Below are positions 1 through 10,555 of a DNA stretch of 64,000 nucleotides, in pieces (the first letter of the stretch is position 1; each line of letters opens with the position of its first letter). Both the position numbers and the translations under genes were made by a program. The DNA is from an uncultured Trueperaceae bacterium (GTDB lineage: Bacteria > Deinococcota > Deinococci > Deinococcales > Trueperaceae): contig CAVSGP010000002.1 in assembly GCA_963727505.1 (NCBI GenBank), positions 96,001-160,000 of the forward strand. Reading direction: 5' to 3'. Below the pieces are notes generated by a model. It was given only the letters and a program-made list of their open reading frames with translations. It made no database searches and had not been told where the DNA came from.

Positions 1-1542
1 ACGGTCTCTGTCGACAGCAACGGCCTCAGCCAGGGCCAGACCATCACGCCCACCGTCACCTTCGACTCCGGCGTCGGCAAGGCCACGCTGGACGTGAGCT
101 TCACCATGACGGCGGGCGCCCTGGCACAGTGTGGAACGATCCCATCGACGCTGTCGCTGGCGGCCGTCGCGAGCGGCGCAGCACCGGCGTCCGCGACACC
201 GCGCCGCACGCCGCACCCGATACCGCACCCCACGGCAGTTGCGCCCGACGGCCGGCGCTACGTCCCCGGCGAGGTATTGGTGAGCTACAACGCTGGCGCC
301 GTGCCCCAGGGCGCGGGCGCCGCGGCCGCCGCGATTCGGCAGCTCTCGACCGACGTGCGCTCCAGCTACGGGCTTCAGCTGGTGCGGGCCGGCTCGCCCG
401 GCGCGCCCGATCTGCTCCGGGCGAGCGACGCGGTGGCGGCGCTGGCTCGCCTGCGCGCCGACCCGCGCGTGAGCGCGGCGCAGCTCAACTACTACCTGAA
501 GCCGATGGCGTTCACGCCCAACGACACCTACTACGGCCAGGAGTGGAACCTGCAGGAGTTCGGCCTGGAGCAGGCCTGGAGCACCGAGACCGGCGCCAGC
601 AACCGGACCGTCATCGCCGTGATCGACACCGGCGTACAGATGAACCACCCCGACCTGCAGGCCAAGATCGTCGGCGGCTGCGACTTCTACTCCGGCGACA
701 ACGATCCGTCGCCCGGCCCCGGCATCGACCACGGCACGCACGTAGCAGGCATCGCCGCCGCCATCGGCAACAACAACGCCGGCGTGGCCGGCGTCGCCTT
801 CGGACCACAGGTCATGATCGAGCCGATCAAGATCTTCGACGATACCGGGTCGGGCGCCACCACCAGCATGCTGGTCGACGCCATCCGTTGGGCTGCCGGC
901 CTGGCGGTGAGCAACACCGCCACCAACCCCAACCCCGCCGACGTCATCAACATGAGCATCGGCGTCGACGGCGCCCAGCCGCTGGTCGACCAGGCAGCCA
1001 CCGCCGCCTTCAACGCCGGTTCGCTGCTGTTGGCGTCGTCGGGCAACTACGGCCCCGGCACGCCGTACGTCAGCAACCCCGGCGTGCTGAGCCCCGCCAA
1101 CGCCCCCGACGTCATCGCTGTCGGCTCCGTCGACAGCGACCACCAGATCTCCGGCTTCTCCGCCTACAGCACCGGCGCCGGCTACGCCAACGGCGTCGAG
1201 GTGATGGCGCCGGGCGGCTTCGAGGTGTCACCGAGCTATACCGCCCCCAACTGTGCCTACAACTACTACGCGGGCACAGCGCCGGACTACGGCATCCTCA
1301 GCACCTACACCGGCAGCAACTACGGCTGCGACGTGGGCACCTCGATGGCGTCGCCCTTCGTCGCCGGGGTGGCGGCGTTGCTCAAGAGCCACACGCCGAG
1401 CCTGACGCCCACGCAGTTGCGCCAGCGGCTCGACAACACGGCGCTCTTCGAGACCGGCATGAACAGCGACGAGTACGGCTACGGGATCGTGTGCGCCGAC
1501 GTGGCGCTGGACCCGTCGAGCATCACCCAGTGCGGGCAGTAG
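1..1542 (+). CDS. S8 (subtilisin-family) serine peptidase, 5'-truncated by the window edge
   Basis: Frame is open from base 1. Catalytic motifs VIDTG, HGTHVAG and GTSMASP are present, preceded by a prodomain-like region. Confidence 0.92.
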   Translation, partial: TVSVDSNGLSQGQTITPTVTFDSGVGKATLDVSFTMTAGALAQCGTIPSTLSLAAVASGAAPASATPRRTPHPIPHPTAVAPDGRRYVPGEVLVSYNAGAVPQGAGAAAAAIRQLSTDVRSSYGLQLVRAGSPGAPDLLRASDAVAALARLRADPRVSAAQLNYYLKPMAFTPNDTYYGQEWNLQEFGLEQAWSTETGASNRTVIAVIDTGVQMNHPDLQAKIVGGCDFYSGDNDPSPGPGIDHGTHVAGIAAAIGNNNAGVAGVAFGPQVMIEPIKIFDDTGSGATTSMLVDAIRWAAGLAVSNTATNPNPADVINMSIGVDGAQPLVDQAATAAFNAGSLLLASSGNYGPGTPYVSNPGVLSPANAPDVIAVGSVDSDHQISGFSAYSTGAGYANGVEVMAPGGFEVSPSYTAPNCAYNYYAGTAPDYGILSTYTGSNYGCDVGTSMASPFVAGVAALLKSHTPSLTPTQLRQRLDNTALFETGMNSDEYGYGIVCADVALDPSSITQCGQ

Positions 1543-1615
1543 CCTAGCGCTGGCGGTGGAGACGGGTGCCTGCGCCTGGACCCCGACGCTCAGGCTCCAG
1601 GCGCAGGTAGGAGAC

Positions 1616-3610
1616 TCAGTTCTTCGCGCCCCACAACGTGCTCACCCCGCCGCGCTGCACCAGACCGGCGACGTCGCCTCCCGGCATGGGCGGCGCGAAG
1701 AAGAAGCCCTGCGCGCGGTGGCAACCGAGCGCCAGCAGCCGGTCGAACTGGGCGCGGGTCTCGACGCCCTCGGCCACGATGACGAGGTCGAGGTGACGGG
1801 CGATGCCGAGGATGGCCTCCATCATGGCGAGACCGAAGCGGGGCACGTCCTCGGGGCCACCCAGGTCCCGCACTACCTCGCGCGCGATCTTCACGGCGTC
1901 CACCGGGAGGTCGCGCAGGTAGGCGAGCGACGAGAAGCCGCGCCCGAAGTCGTCGATGGCGATGCCGACGCCCAGCCCCTGCAGGCCGCGCAGCGTGCCC
2001 TGCACGTCTTCGATCGGGCCGCGCACGATGCTCTCGCCCAGGTCGAGCTCCAGCGCTTCGGCCGGCAGGGCGGCCTGCTGCAACGCCTTGACCACCGATC
2101 CGAAGAACGACGGCTGGGCGAGTTGCAGGGCCGAGACGTTCACGCTCACCCGCAGCGCTGGCGCCAGCGTGCGCCAGCTCCCGAGCTGGCGGCAGGCTTC
2201 CTCCAGCGCCCAGCCGCCCAGCGCGACGATCACGCCGCTCTCCTCGGCCAGCGGGATGAACTCTGCAGGTGACACCACCCCGTAGCGCGGATGGGTCCAG
2301 CGCAGCAGCGCCTCCACCTGCCGCAGGGTGCCATCGTGCATGTCGAACACCGGCTGGAAGGCCAGCGAGATCTGTTCCTCGCGCAACGCGGTGCGCAGGT
2401 CGCGCTCGAGCTCCCCGCGCCGCTCCATGCTGGCGTCGATCTCCGGGCTGTAGTACTTCAGGCCGTTCTTGCCCGAGCGCTTGACCCGGTACATGGCGCT
2501 GTCGGCGTGCCGCAGCAGCGTGCGGGCGTCGACCCCGTCCTCGGGCAGGAAGGCCACCCCGATGCTCACCGTCAGACCCAGCTGCGAACCGTTGAAGCTG
2601 AACGAGCTCGACAGCGCGGTGAAGATGCGCCTGGCGATCTCGGACGCCTCGGAACGGTGGCGCAGGCCGCTGGCCACCACCACGAACTCGTCGCCCGACA
2701 TGCGCGCCACCAGGTCCCCGTCGCGCATGGCGCCCGAGAGCCTCTCCGCCACCAGCCTGAGGAGTGCGTCCCCGGCCTCGTGCCCGAGGGTGTCGTTGAT
2801 CACCTTGAACCCGTCCAGATCGAGGAACAGCACGGCGGCGCTGGCGTCCTCACTGGCGTCGATCAACGCCTCCAGATCGGTCTCCAGAGCCCGCCGGTTG
2901 GGGAGCCCCGTCAGCAGGTCCTGCCGCGCGAAACGCTGCGCGAGTTGCCGCTCCGTGCTGGCCCTGGCGTAGGCCTCCTTGAGACCGATCAGCACGAAGG
3001 TCAGCGCGAGCTGCACGCTGTTGGCGAGATTCATCTCGGACAGCGCGTAGACCAGGCCCCAGCGGTTGCCGTGCAGGGCCGGGATGACAGCGAACGTCAA
3101 CGACATGAGGAACACGGCGCCCGTGAACAACGTCGCCAGGATCCGACCGCCGCGACCGTCGGGCAACAGGAACGACAGCATGTACACGGCCGGGATCCAG
3201 AAGAAGGTCTCGGTCATCTCGCGCTGCGGGTCGAGGCCGGCCGGAAGCGCGAACAGCAGCAGCGCGAGCTTGGCGACGAAGAAGGCTCCCATGCCCGCGA
3301 TCGCCGTCGTGATCGCCGCGCGGAGCGTTGCCGGCCAGAGCAGGACCAGCAGCTCCAGCACCACCATACCGGCGGCCATGGCGGGGTAGCTGATGGTGTC
3401 GAAGGGGGTGGGCTGCCCACCGGGACCCTCGAAGAGCATCCCCAGCACCAGGGCCAGGATCCCGAACGGCAGCACCAGCAGGAACACGCGCCGCCATAGC
3501 GCATGGAACGCATCGGCGGCTCCATCGGGCTCGCGTGACCCGCCGCCCCCGAGCATCTTGCTCCCGCCCAGCAGCAGGAGCGACATCGGGAGGTCGCCGG
3601 ACTCGTTCAT
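1616..3610 (-). CDS. Membrane-bound GGDEF-EAL protein (c-di-GMP turnover)
   Basis: N-terminal TM helices, DLLTGLPNR, SGDEF, then EAL, DDFG and EGVE. TACGGT lies 6 nt before the ATG at 3610. Confidence 0.9.
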   Translation of the reverse strand: MNESGDLPMSLLLLGGSKMLGGGGSREPDGAADAFHALWRRVFLLVLPFGILALVLGMLFEGPGGQPTPFDTISYPAMAAGMVVLELLVLLWPATLRAAITTAIAGMGAFFVAKLALLLFALPAGLDPQREMTETFFWIPAVYMLSFLLPDGRGGRILATLFTGAVFLMSLTFAVIPALHGNRWGLVYALSEMNLANSVQLALTFVLIGLKEAYARASTERQLAQRFARQDLLTGLPNRRALETDLEALIDASEDASAAVLFLDLDGFKVINDTLGHEAGDALLRLVAERLSGAMRDGDLVARMSGDEFVVVASGLRHRSEASEIARRIFTALSSSFSFNGSQLGLTVSIGVAFLPEDGVDARTLLRHADSAMYRVKRSGKNGLKYYSPEIDASMERRGELERDLRTALREEQISLAFQPVFDMHDGTLRQVEALLRWTHPRYGVVSPAEFIPLAEESGVIVALGGWALEEACRQLGSWRTLAPALRVSVNVSALQLAQPSFFGSVVKALQQAALPAEALELDLGESIVRGPIEDVQGTLRGLQGLGVGIAIDDFGRGFSSLAYLRDLPVDAVKIAREVVRDLGGPEDVPRFGLAMMEAILGIARHLDLVIVAEGVETRAQFDRLLALGCHRAQGFFFAPPMPGGDVAGLVQRGGVSTLWGAKN

Positions 3611-3743
3611 GGCTCGACCGTACGAGAACGGCGCTAACCCAAGCCTTACTCCTCTGTCACGGCGTTCTTACCCGGGCCCACGGGCGCAGCCCGCAGTTGC
3701 ACCCGCCCCGGCGCCCTTCTCGTCCGCACGGGCGGACGCATCC

Positions 3744-5315
3744 TCAGTGCAGCGCACCCGCGCTGGTAACGATGGCCGTGACCAGCGCCACCCCCATCAG
3801 CGCCACGCCGATGGCGCCTGCGGCGCGCCCGATGCGCCGATCGGCGGGCAGCCCCTGCCGGATGAATCCCCACAGCAGGCCCCCCACAACGCCGCCCGCG
3901 TGCCCCCACAGCGACACGTTGGGAACGGCCACCGAGAACAGCGCGATCAGCACCATCCACTGGATGAGGCCGCGCAGCAGCATGCGGTCACTCGGCGCCG
4001 GCGACCGCAGCACATCGGCCAACAGGGCGCCGGCGATGCCCAGGATGCCACCCGAAGCGCCGACCAGCAGCAGCGGTTGGTGCGCCTGGGCCAGGCTCGT
4101 GAGGTAGGCGCCCGCGATCGTCCCCATCACGAAGGCGGCCAGCAGGTTGCCCCAGCCGCGCCGCAGCTCGTAGATGCGCCCCAGATCGACCAGGACCCAT
4201 ACGTTGAACCCGATGTGCACCAGGTTGGCGTGGAGGAAGGCGTACGTTAGCAGGCGCCACCAGGCGTGCTCGCCGGGCACGCCCGGGATGTTGAGCATGA
4301 ACGCAGCCGTGAACGAGCTGAGGTGCAGGGTCTGCGCTCCGACCCGAACGGCGCCGATCAGGCGGTCGACCAGGTTCTGCGCGATGTAGGCCAGCACGAG
4401 CGCGCCCGCCAGCGACAAGGTGGCGACCGGCACGCCGGTGCGCCGCGCCAGCGGCGGCGGTTCGACACCGAGCGCCCGGAGCTTCTCTGCATAACGCCCG
4501 GTCAGCCCCGGCGGGGCCGATTCGTAGGCATGGGTGTAGAGCGTCACCGCGGCGTCACGCTGCAGGCCGCGTTCGGCCGCCCGCGCCAGGATGGCGTAGA
4601 GGGTAGAGGGGTGCACGCCGACAAGCGGCTGCTGCAGGTCCTCGCGGACCTTCTCGAAGGCGCCGTCCTCGGCGTCGCAGCGTGCCTCGCTGACCACCAC
4701 GCTCCGGAAGCCGATGGGCCCGCGCGGACCCGCCTCCCAGCGCCGGCGCAACTCCTCGACCTCGCTACGGGCACGATCGCCGTGCCCCAGCGCCAGCAGC
4801 GCCTGGATGCGGGCGGACGCCGCCAGGAAGGCGTTGTCGCCGTCGCGAGGCAGCTCTTCGAGCTGCAAGATGGCGTCCCAGTCCTCCTGCAGCACATACG
4901 CCTGGAGCAGGAGCAGCGTGTCGTGGTGGGGCGCCAGTCGCAACGCTGCGGCGGCGTCGCCCTGCTGCAACGCGGCCTGCGCGAGCAGACGTCGCACCGC
5001 GCCTCGCCCCTCGGTCGTCCAGTACAGCGCGTCGGCGAGGACTCCTGCCGCCCGGTAGCGCCGGTTGCGTGCCAGCGCCACCAGCAACAGCGGGCCGAAG
5101 ACGTACACCGGACCGACCACGAGCGCGATGTCGCGCAAGACCGCCGATACACTCAAACTGGTGAGGCCTGCCGCCGCCACCAGGCCCGCGAGCGCCGTGG
5201 CGATCAGGGTCTTGGCCGGGAACTCGCTCCATAGGGGGGCCAGCCGGGATGCCCAACGCACGGCGTAGATCCCGGCGATGGCGACGAGCAGCAGGAAGAG
5301 GGTGCTCTCGGTCAC
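3744..5315 (-). CDS. Rhomboid intramembrane serine protease with N-terminal TM and helical (TPR-like) region
   Basis: WWRLLTYAFLH..HIGFN, GASGG and GHAGG motifs. GTG start chosen from TAGGGT 7 nt upstream. Confidence 0.88.
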   Translation of the reverse strand: MTESTLFLLLVAIAGIYAVRWASRLAPLWSEFPAKTLIATALAGLVAAAGLTSLSVSAVLRDIALVVGPVYVFGPLLLVALARNRRYRAAGVLADALYWTTEGRGAVRRLLAQAALQQGDAAAALRLAPHHDTLLLLQAYVLQEDWDAILQLEELPRDGDNAFLAASARIQALLALGHGDRARSEVEELRRRWEAGPRGPIGFRSVVVSEARCDAEDGAFEKVREDLQQPLVGVHPSTLYAILARAAERGLQRDAAVTLYTHAYESAPPGLTGRYAEKLRALGVEPPPLARRTGVPVATLSLAGALVLAYIAQNLVDRLIGAVRVGAQTLHLSSFTAAFMLNIPGVPGEHAWWRLLTYAFLHANLVHIGFNVWVLVDLGRIYELRRGWGNLLAAFVMGTIAGAYLTSLAQAHQPLLLVGASGGILGIAGALLADVLRSPAPSDRMLLRGLIQWMVLIALFSVAVPNVSLWGHAGGVVGGLLWGFIRQGLPADRRIGRAAGAIGVALMGVALVTAIVTSAGALH

Positions 5316-5497
5316 GCTGCCCACCCTACCCCGGCGATCGCGGTTCCCCCGCCGCGCCGAGCGCCTCAGGCGAACCGTGCGCTCATCCTCGGGGACGGTA
5401 GAATCGAAGATGTCGCACGCGTTGGGGCAGCCTTGGTGTCCCGGAACGCCCCCACTTCGCAGCCGCGCCAGGCGCGCGCCCCTTCGGAGGCATTGCC

Positions 5498-6118
5498 TTG
5501 CTCGACCTCGCGCTCTCGGCCGTATTCATGGTGATCGGATACCTGCTCGGTACGATCCCCACGGGCTACCTGGTGGCCAAGATGCGGGGCGTGGACATCC
5601 AGTCCTCCGGCTCGGGCAACATCGGCGCGACCAACGTGATGCGCACCCTCGGCGTGCTCCCCGGCATCATCGTGGTGCTCGTCGACCCCCTGAAGGGGGC
5701 GGCGGCCGTGCTGCTCCCCACCCTGCTCGGCGCCAGTAACTGGACGGTCGCGCTGACCGCGCTGGCGACGGTGCTGGGCAACAACTTCAACATCATGTTG
5801 CGCCTGCGAGGCGGCAAGGGCATCGCCACCACGGTGGGCGTGTTCTTCGTCATCAACCCGCTGGTGTCGGCGCTGTGCGTGCTCCTCGGCGTCTTCACCA
5901 TCCTGCTGAGCCGCTACGTCTCGCTGGGCTCGATGGTCGCCCTGTTCGCCGCCCCGTTGATGCTCATCGCCAGCCTGTCCTACCCCATGCCCGACCTCTA
6001 CCTGGCGATCGCGCTCGCCGCGCTGGCCACGCTGCGCCACCGCGAGAACATCCGCCGGCTCATCTCGGGCACCGAGCGGCGCCTCGGCGAGCGCGCCCAC
6101 ATCCGCCCGAAGGAGTGA
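5498..6118 (+). CDS. plsY: Glycerol-3-phosphate acyltransferase PlsY
   Basis: GYLLGTIP, GSGNIGATN, GGKGIAT and HRENIRRL motifs. GGAGG RBS before TTG. Confidence 0.95.
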   Translation: MLDLALSAVFMVIGYLLGTIPTGYLVAKMRGVDIQSSGSGNIGATNVMRTLGVLPGIIVVLVDPLKGAAAVLLPTLLGASNWTVALTALATVLGNNFNIMLRLRGGKGIATTVGVFFVINPLVSALCVLLGVFTILLSRYVSLGSMVALFAAPLMLIASLSYPMPDLYLAIALAALATLRHRENIRRLISGTERRLGERAHIRPKE

Positions 6119-6120
6119 GC

Positions 6121-6795
6121 ATGCTCGATCTGCTCGTGATCGGCCCACACCCCGACGACGCCGAGCTGGGCCTTGGCGGCACCCTCGCCCGCGCCCACGA
6201 CCTCGGGCTACAGACCGGCGTGATCGACCTCTCGCGCGGCGAGGCTGCCACCAAGGGCACGCCGGAGGAACGCGCGGCAGAGGCGGAGGCCGCCGCGCAC
6301 GTGCTGGGATTGTCCGTACGCCGCAATCTGGGCTGGCCCGACTCCCGTCTGCTCGACAGCGAAGATCGGCGCCTGCAGCTGGCACGCGAGCTGCGCGAGC
6401 TGCAGCCTCGGGTCGTCGCCGCGCCGCACGCCAACGACCGTCACCCCGACCACGTGGCGGCCGCCGGCATCGTGCCCGCCGCGGTGCATCTGGCGGGCCT
6501 GCGCAACAGCCCGCTGTCGGGTGAACCCTGGAAACCCCAGCGCCTGCTGTACTACATGGGCAACGGCCCGTTCGAGGCCAGCCTCGTGGTCGACACCAGC
6601 GACTACATCGAGATCTGGGAGGAAGCGGTGCGCTGCTACCGCAGCCAGTTCACCGGGAACGCGGCCTCGGAGACGGTCACGCCCGACATCTTCCGCACGC
6701 GGCGCGGTCGGGCCGCGTACTGGGGAACGTTCATCGGCGCGCGCTTCGGCGAGCCGCTGTGGACGCCGCGTCCGGTGGCCTTCTGGCCGCTCTGA
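6121..6795 (+). CDS. bshB1: Bacillithiol biosynthesis deacetylase (PIG-L family)
   Basis: PHPDDAE, DLSRGE and DRHPDH motifs. AAGGAG RBS; ATG at 6121, 2 nt after the plsY stop. Confidence 0.85.
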   Translation: MLDLLVIGPHPDDAELGLGGTLARAHDLGLQTGVIDLSRGEAATKGTPEERAAEAEAAAHVLGLSVRRNLGWPDSRLLDSEDRRLQLARELRELQPRVVAAPHANDRHPDHVAAAGIVPAAVHLAGLRNSPLSGEPWKPQRLLYYMGNGPFEASLVVDTSDYIEIWEEAVRCYRSQFTGNAASETVTPDIFRTRRGRAAYWGTFIGARFGEPLWTPRPVAFWPL

Positions 6796-6835
6796 GCGCG
6801 CGCGGCGGGCACCAGCCGGCCGTGCCGGCGCGGGC

Positions 6836-7729
6836 TCAGCCGCGCACCGCCGCGGCGCGGCGGCCGGCGCGCTGCTTGGCGGCGTTCACCAGCACGATGC
6901 CGACGATGGCGACGCCGCCGCCCGCGAGCGTCAGGAGCGTCGGCACCTCGCGCAGCACCAGCCACGAGAAGAACAGGGCCGACACCGGCACCAGGTAGAG
7001 GTAGGTGGTCACGACCGTGACGGGCGCGCGCGACAGACCGAAGGCGAACAGCGAGTAGGCCAGCGCCGACGGGAAGACGCCGATGTAGGCCACGGCGGCG
7101 AGGGGAGCCGCCCCGGCCGACGCCGCGTCGCCCGCGAAGCCCGGAAGGAACAGCAGCATCGGCACGGTACCCGCCCAGGTCGCGAAGGCGGTGACCTCGA
7201 CCGCCCGGTAGCGTCCGAACATGCGGCGTTGCGAGATGGCGAAGAACGAGGTCGACACCGCCGATAGCAACACGAACAGCGCATAGGGGTTGAAGGCCAC
7301 GGGCCCACCGGCGCCGAGCGAGATGAGGGCCACGCCTGCCAGCGCGAGCAGCGACCCCAGCCACGCTCCCGCCGGCATGCGTTCGCTCAGGAACAGGTAG
7401 GCCAGCACGGCCGTGATGGCGGGCGAGGTCGCGATGATGAGGCTGCTCGCACCCGCCGGGACGCGCAACTCGCCGACCACCAGCGCCGTCTGGTAGACGG
7501 TGAACCCCAGTAGACCGAGCAGCAGGAAGTACGGCAGGTCGCGCAGCGCCGGGAAGCGCCGCAACTTGCGCAGCCACAGCACGGGCACGAAGCAGGCCGA
7601 CGCCACCAGGTGACGTGCCAGCGTCAGATGTAGCGGGCTGAGGCCGTCGAGCCCGACCTTGATCATCGGGAAGGCCGATCCCCACAGCGACACCAGCACC
7701 AGGAGAGCAGCCACGACACCGGCGGTCAT
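6836..7729 (-). CDS. DMT/EamA family transporter
   Basis: About 10 TM helices in two EamA-type repeats (LWGSAF..., FLSER, LVLRE). Confidence 0.88.
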   Translation of the reverse strand: MTAGVVAALLVLVSLWGSAFPMIKVGLDGLSPLHLTLARHLVASACFVPVLWLRKLRRFPALRDLPYFLLLGLLGFTVYQTALVVGELRVPAGASSLIIATSPAITAVLAYLFLSERMPAGAWLGSLLALAGVALISLGAGGPVAFNPYALFVLLSAVSTSFFAISQRRMFGRYRAVEVTAFATWAGTVPMLLFLPGFAGDAASAGAAPLAAVAYIGVFPSALAYSLFAFGLSRAPVTVVTTYLYLVPVSALFFSWLVLREVPTLLTLAGGGVAIVGIVLVNAAKQRAGRRAAAVRG

Positions 7730-7768
7730 GGCGCGTACTCTATCAGGCTCAGGGGCGCGGTCGCGCCG

Positions 7769-8761
7769 TCAGACAAGCAGCTCCACAGGGCGTCCGCAGG
7801 CGCACAGCTCGTCCTCGCGGACCATGAGCGCCTGCCCCTCGCGGTACCACAGCGTGCCGCAGTCCGGGCAGCGGATCTCCTCGCCGGAGAGTCCGCGGAT
7901 CTGCTCGGGCTCGATCCAGCGACGCTCGCCGCACCAGTGGCAGACCACCTCGGCGCCACCGTCCTCGCGGATCATGGCCTCGCGCTCGGCTGGCGTGAAG
8001 TACGCCAGCGCGTCGAGCGCCTTGCCGTCGCTGCATCGGCAGGCGAACGCGAGAGGAAGCGGCGGGTCGGTGAAGAGCTCGAAGCCCATCTGCCAGCACA
8101 GCTCCTCGTCCACGAGCTGCTGCAGCGGCGCTCTCGCCATGCCGCTGGTCAGCGCACCGAAGGCCTTGACGTTGGCCTCCAACAGATCGAGCGCGGCGTC
8201 CTCGACGCCGGGCAGCGCCTGCAGCAGCACCCCGCCGGCATGCTCGACCTTGCCCTCGGCGTCGAACGACACGCCCAGCAACACCGCGGACGCGATCTGC
8301 TCGGAAACCGCCAGGAAGGTGGCGATGTCCTCCGCCACCTCGCCGGTGGCCAGCTCCAGGTTGCTGGCGTAGGGGTCGCCATAGGGCGCGTGGGAGCGGA
8401 TCACCTCGATGTCCCCCCGGGTACCCACGGCGCCGCCTACGTCGAGTTTCCCGTCGGCGCGCGGCGGAAGCTCGACCGTCGGATCGTGTGCGTAGCCCCG
8501 CACCGTTCCGTCCAGCCCGGCGTCGGCAATGACGCCGCCAAGCGGCCCGTTGCCGCGCAGCCGCAGCGTGATGCGGTCCTGCGGGTTCTTCAACAACACA
8601 TGCGACAGCAGCAGCGCTCCGGTGAGCGTGCGGCCCAGCGCCGCCCCGGCGGTGCGGGCGGCGCCGTGTCGCTCGAGCGCTTCACGAACCAGATCGGTGG
8701 TGTCCGCGGCCACGACGCGGATGCCGCCGTTCGCCGCCATGCCTCTCAGCAGGAATGCCAT
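7769..8761 (-). CDS. hslO: Hsp33 redox chaperone with extra C-terminal Cys cluster
   Basis: GNGPLGG, GEVAEDIA..SEQI, AGGVLLQALP, CRCS and CHWC motifs. Confidence 0.93.
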   Translation of the reverse strand: MAFLLRGMAANGGIRVVAADTTDLVREALERHGAARTAGAALGRTLTGALLLSHVLLKNPQDRITLRLRGNGPLGGVIADAGLDGTVRGYAHDPTVELPPRADGKLDVGGAVGTRGDIEVIRSHAPYGDPYASNLELATGEVAEDIATFLAVSEQIASAVLLGVSFDAEGKVEHAGGVLLQALPGVEDAALDLLEANVKAFGALTSGMARAPLQQLVDEELCWQMGFELFTDPPLPLAFACRCSDGKALDALAYFTPAEREAMIREDGGAEVVCHWCGERRWIEPEQIRGLSGEEIRCPDCGTLWYREGQALMVREDELCACGRPVELLV

Positions 8762-8873
8762 GGTCGTCCTCTCGTGTCACCGGGTGCCGGCGACACGCCC
8801 ACGAGTATACGGAGGCGCCGCCCCGAGCCACGTCGGCCGTGACGCGCTTCCAGCCATGTAGGGGAGGCCGCGT

Positions 8874-10334
<1,461 letters not shown>

Positions 10335-10555
10335 GCGTTGAGCCTACCGCAGCCCACGCGGCGCCCGCCTGTGTCGCCCCGGACCTCGGGCCCACGCGGC
10401 ACGGGACGAACCTCCTCACGGGCGGCGGCCATAGCTGGCATGATCGGTGTGGAGCACAGGACGCGCGGTCGCCACGCGCGAACGGCCGAGGTCGGCGCGC
10501 GCGGGCCGGTGCGCGCATCGGGGCGGCGCCGAAGCGGCGAAACGAAGGAGTCGGC

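Noticed and set aside
5410..5739. Leaderless uORF overlapping plsY (ATG 5 nt after TAGAAT)
   Set aside because: Atypical codons, out of frame over plsY, and plsY has its own GGAGG. More simply a 5' UTR.
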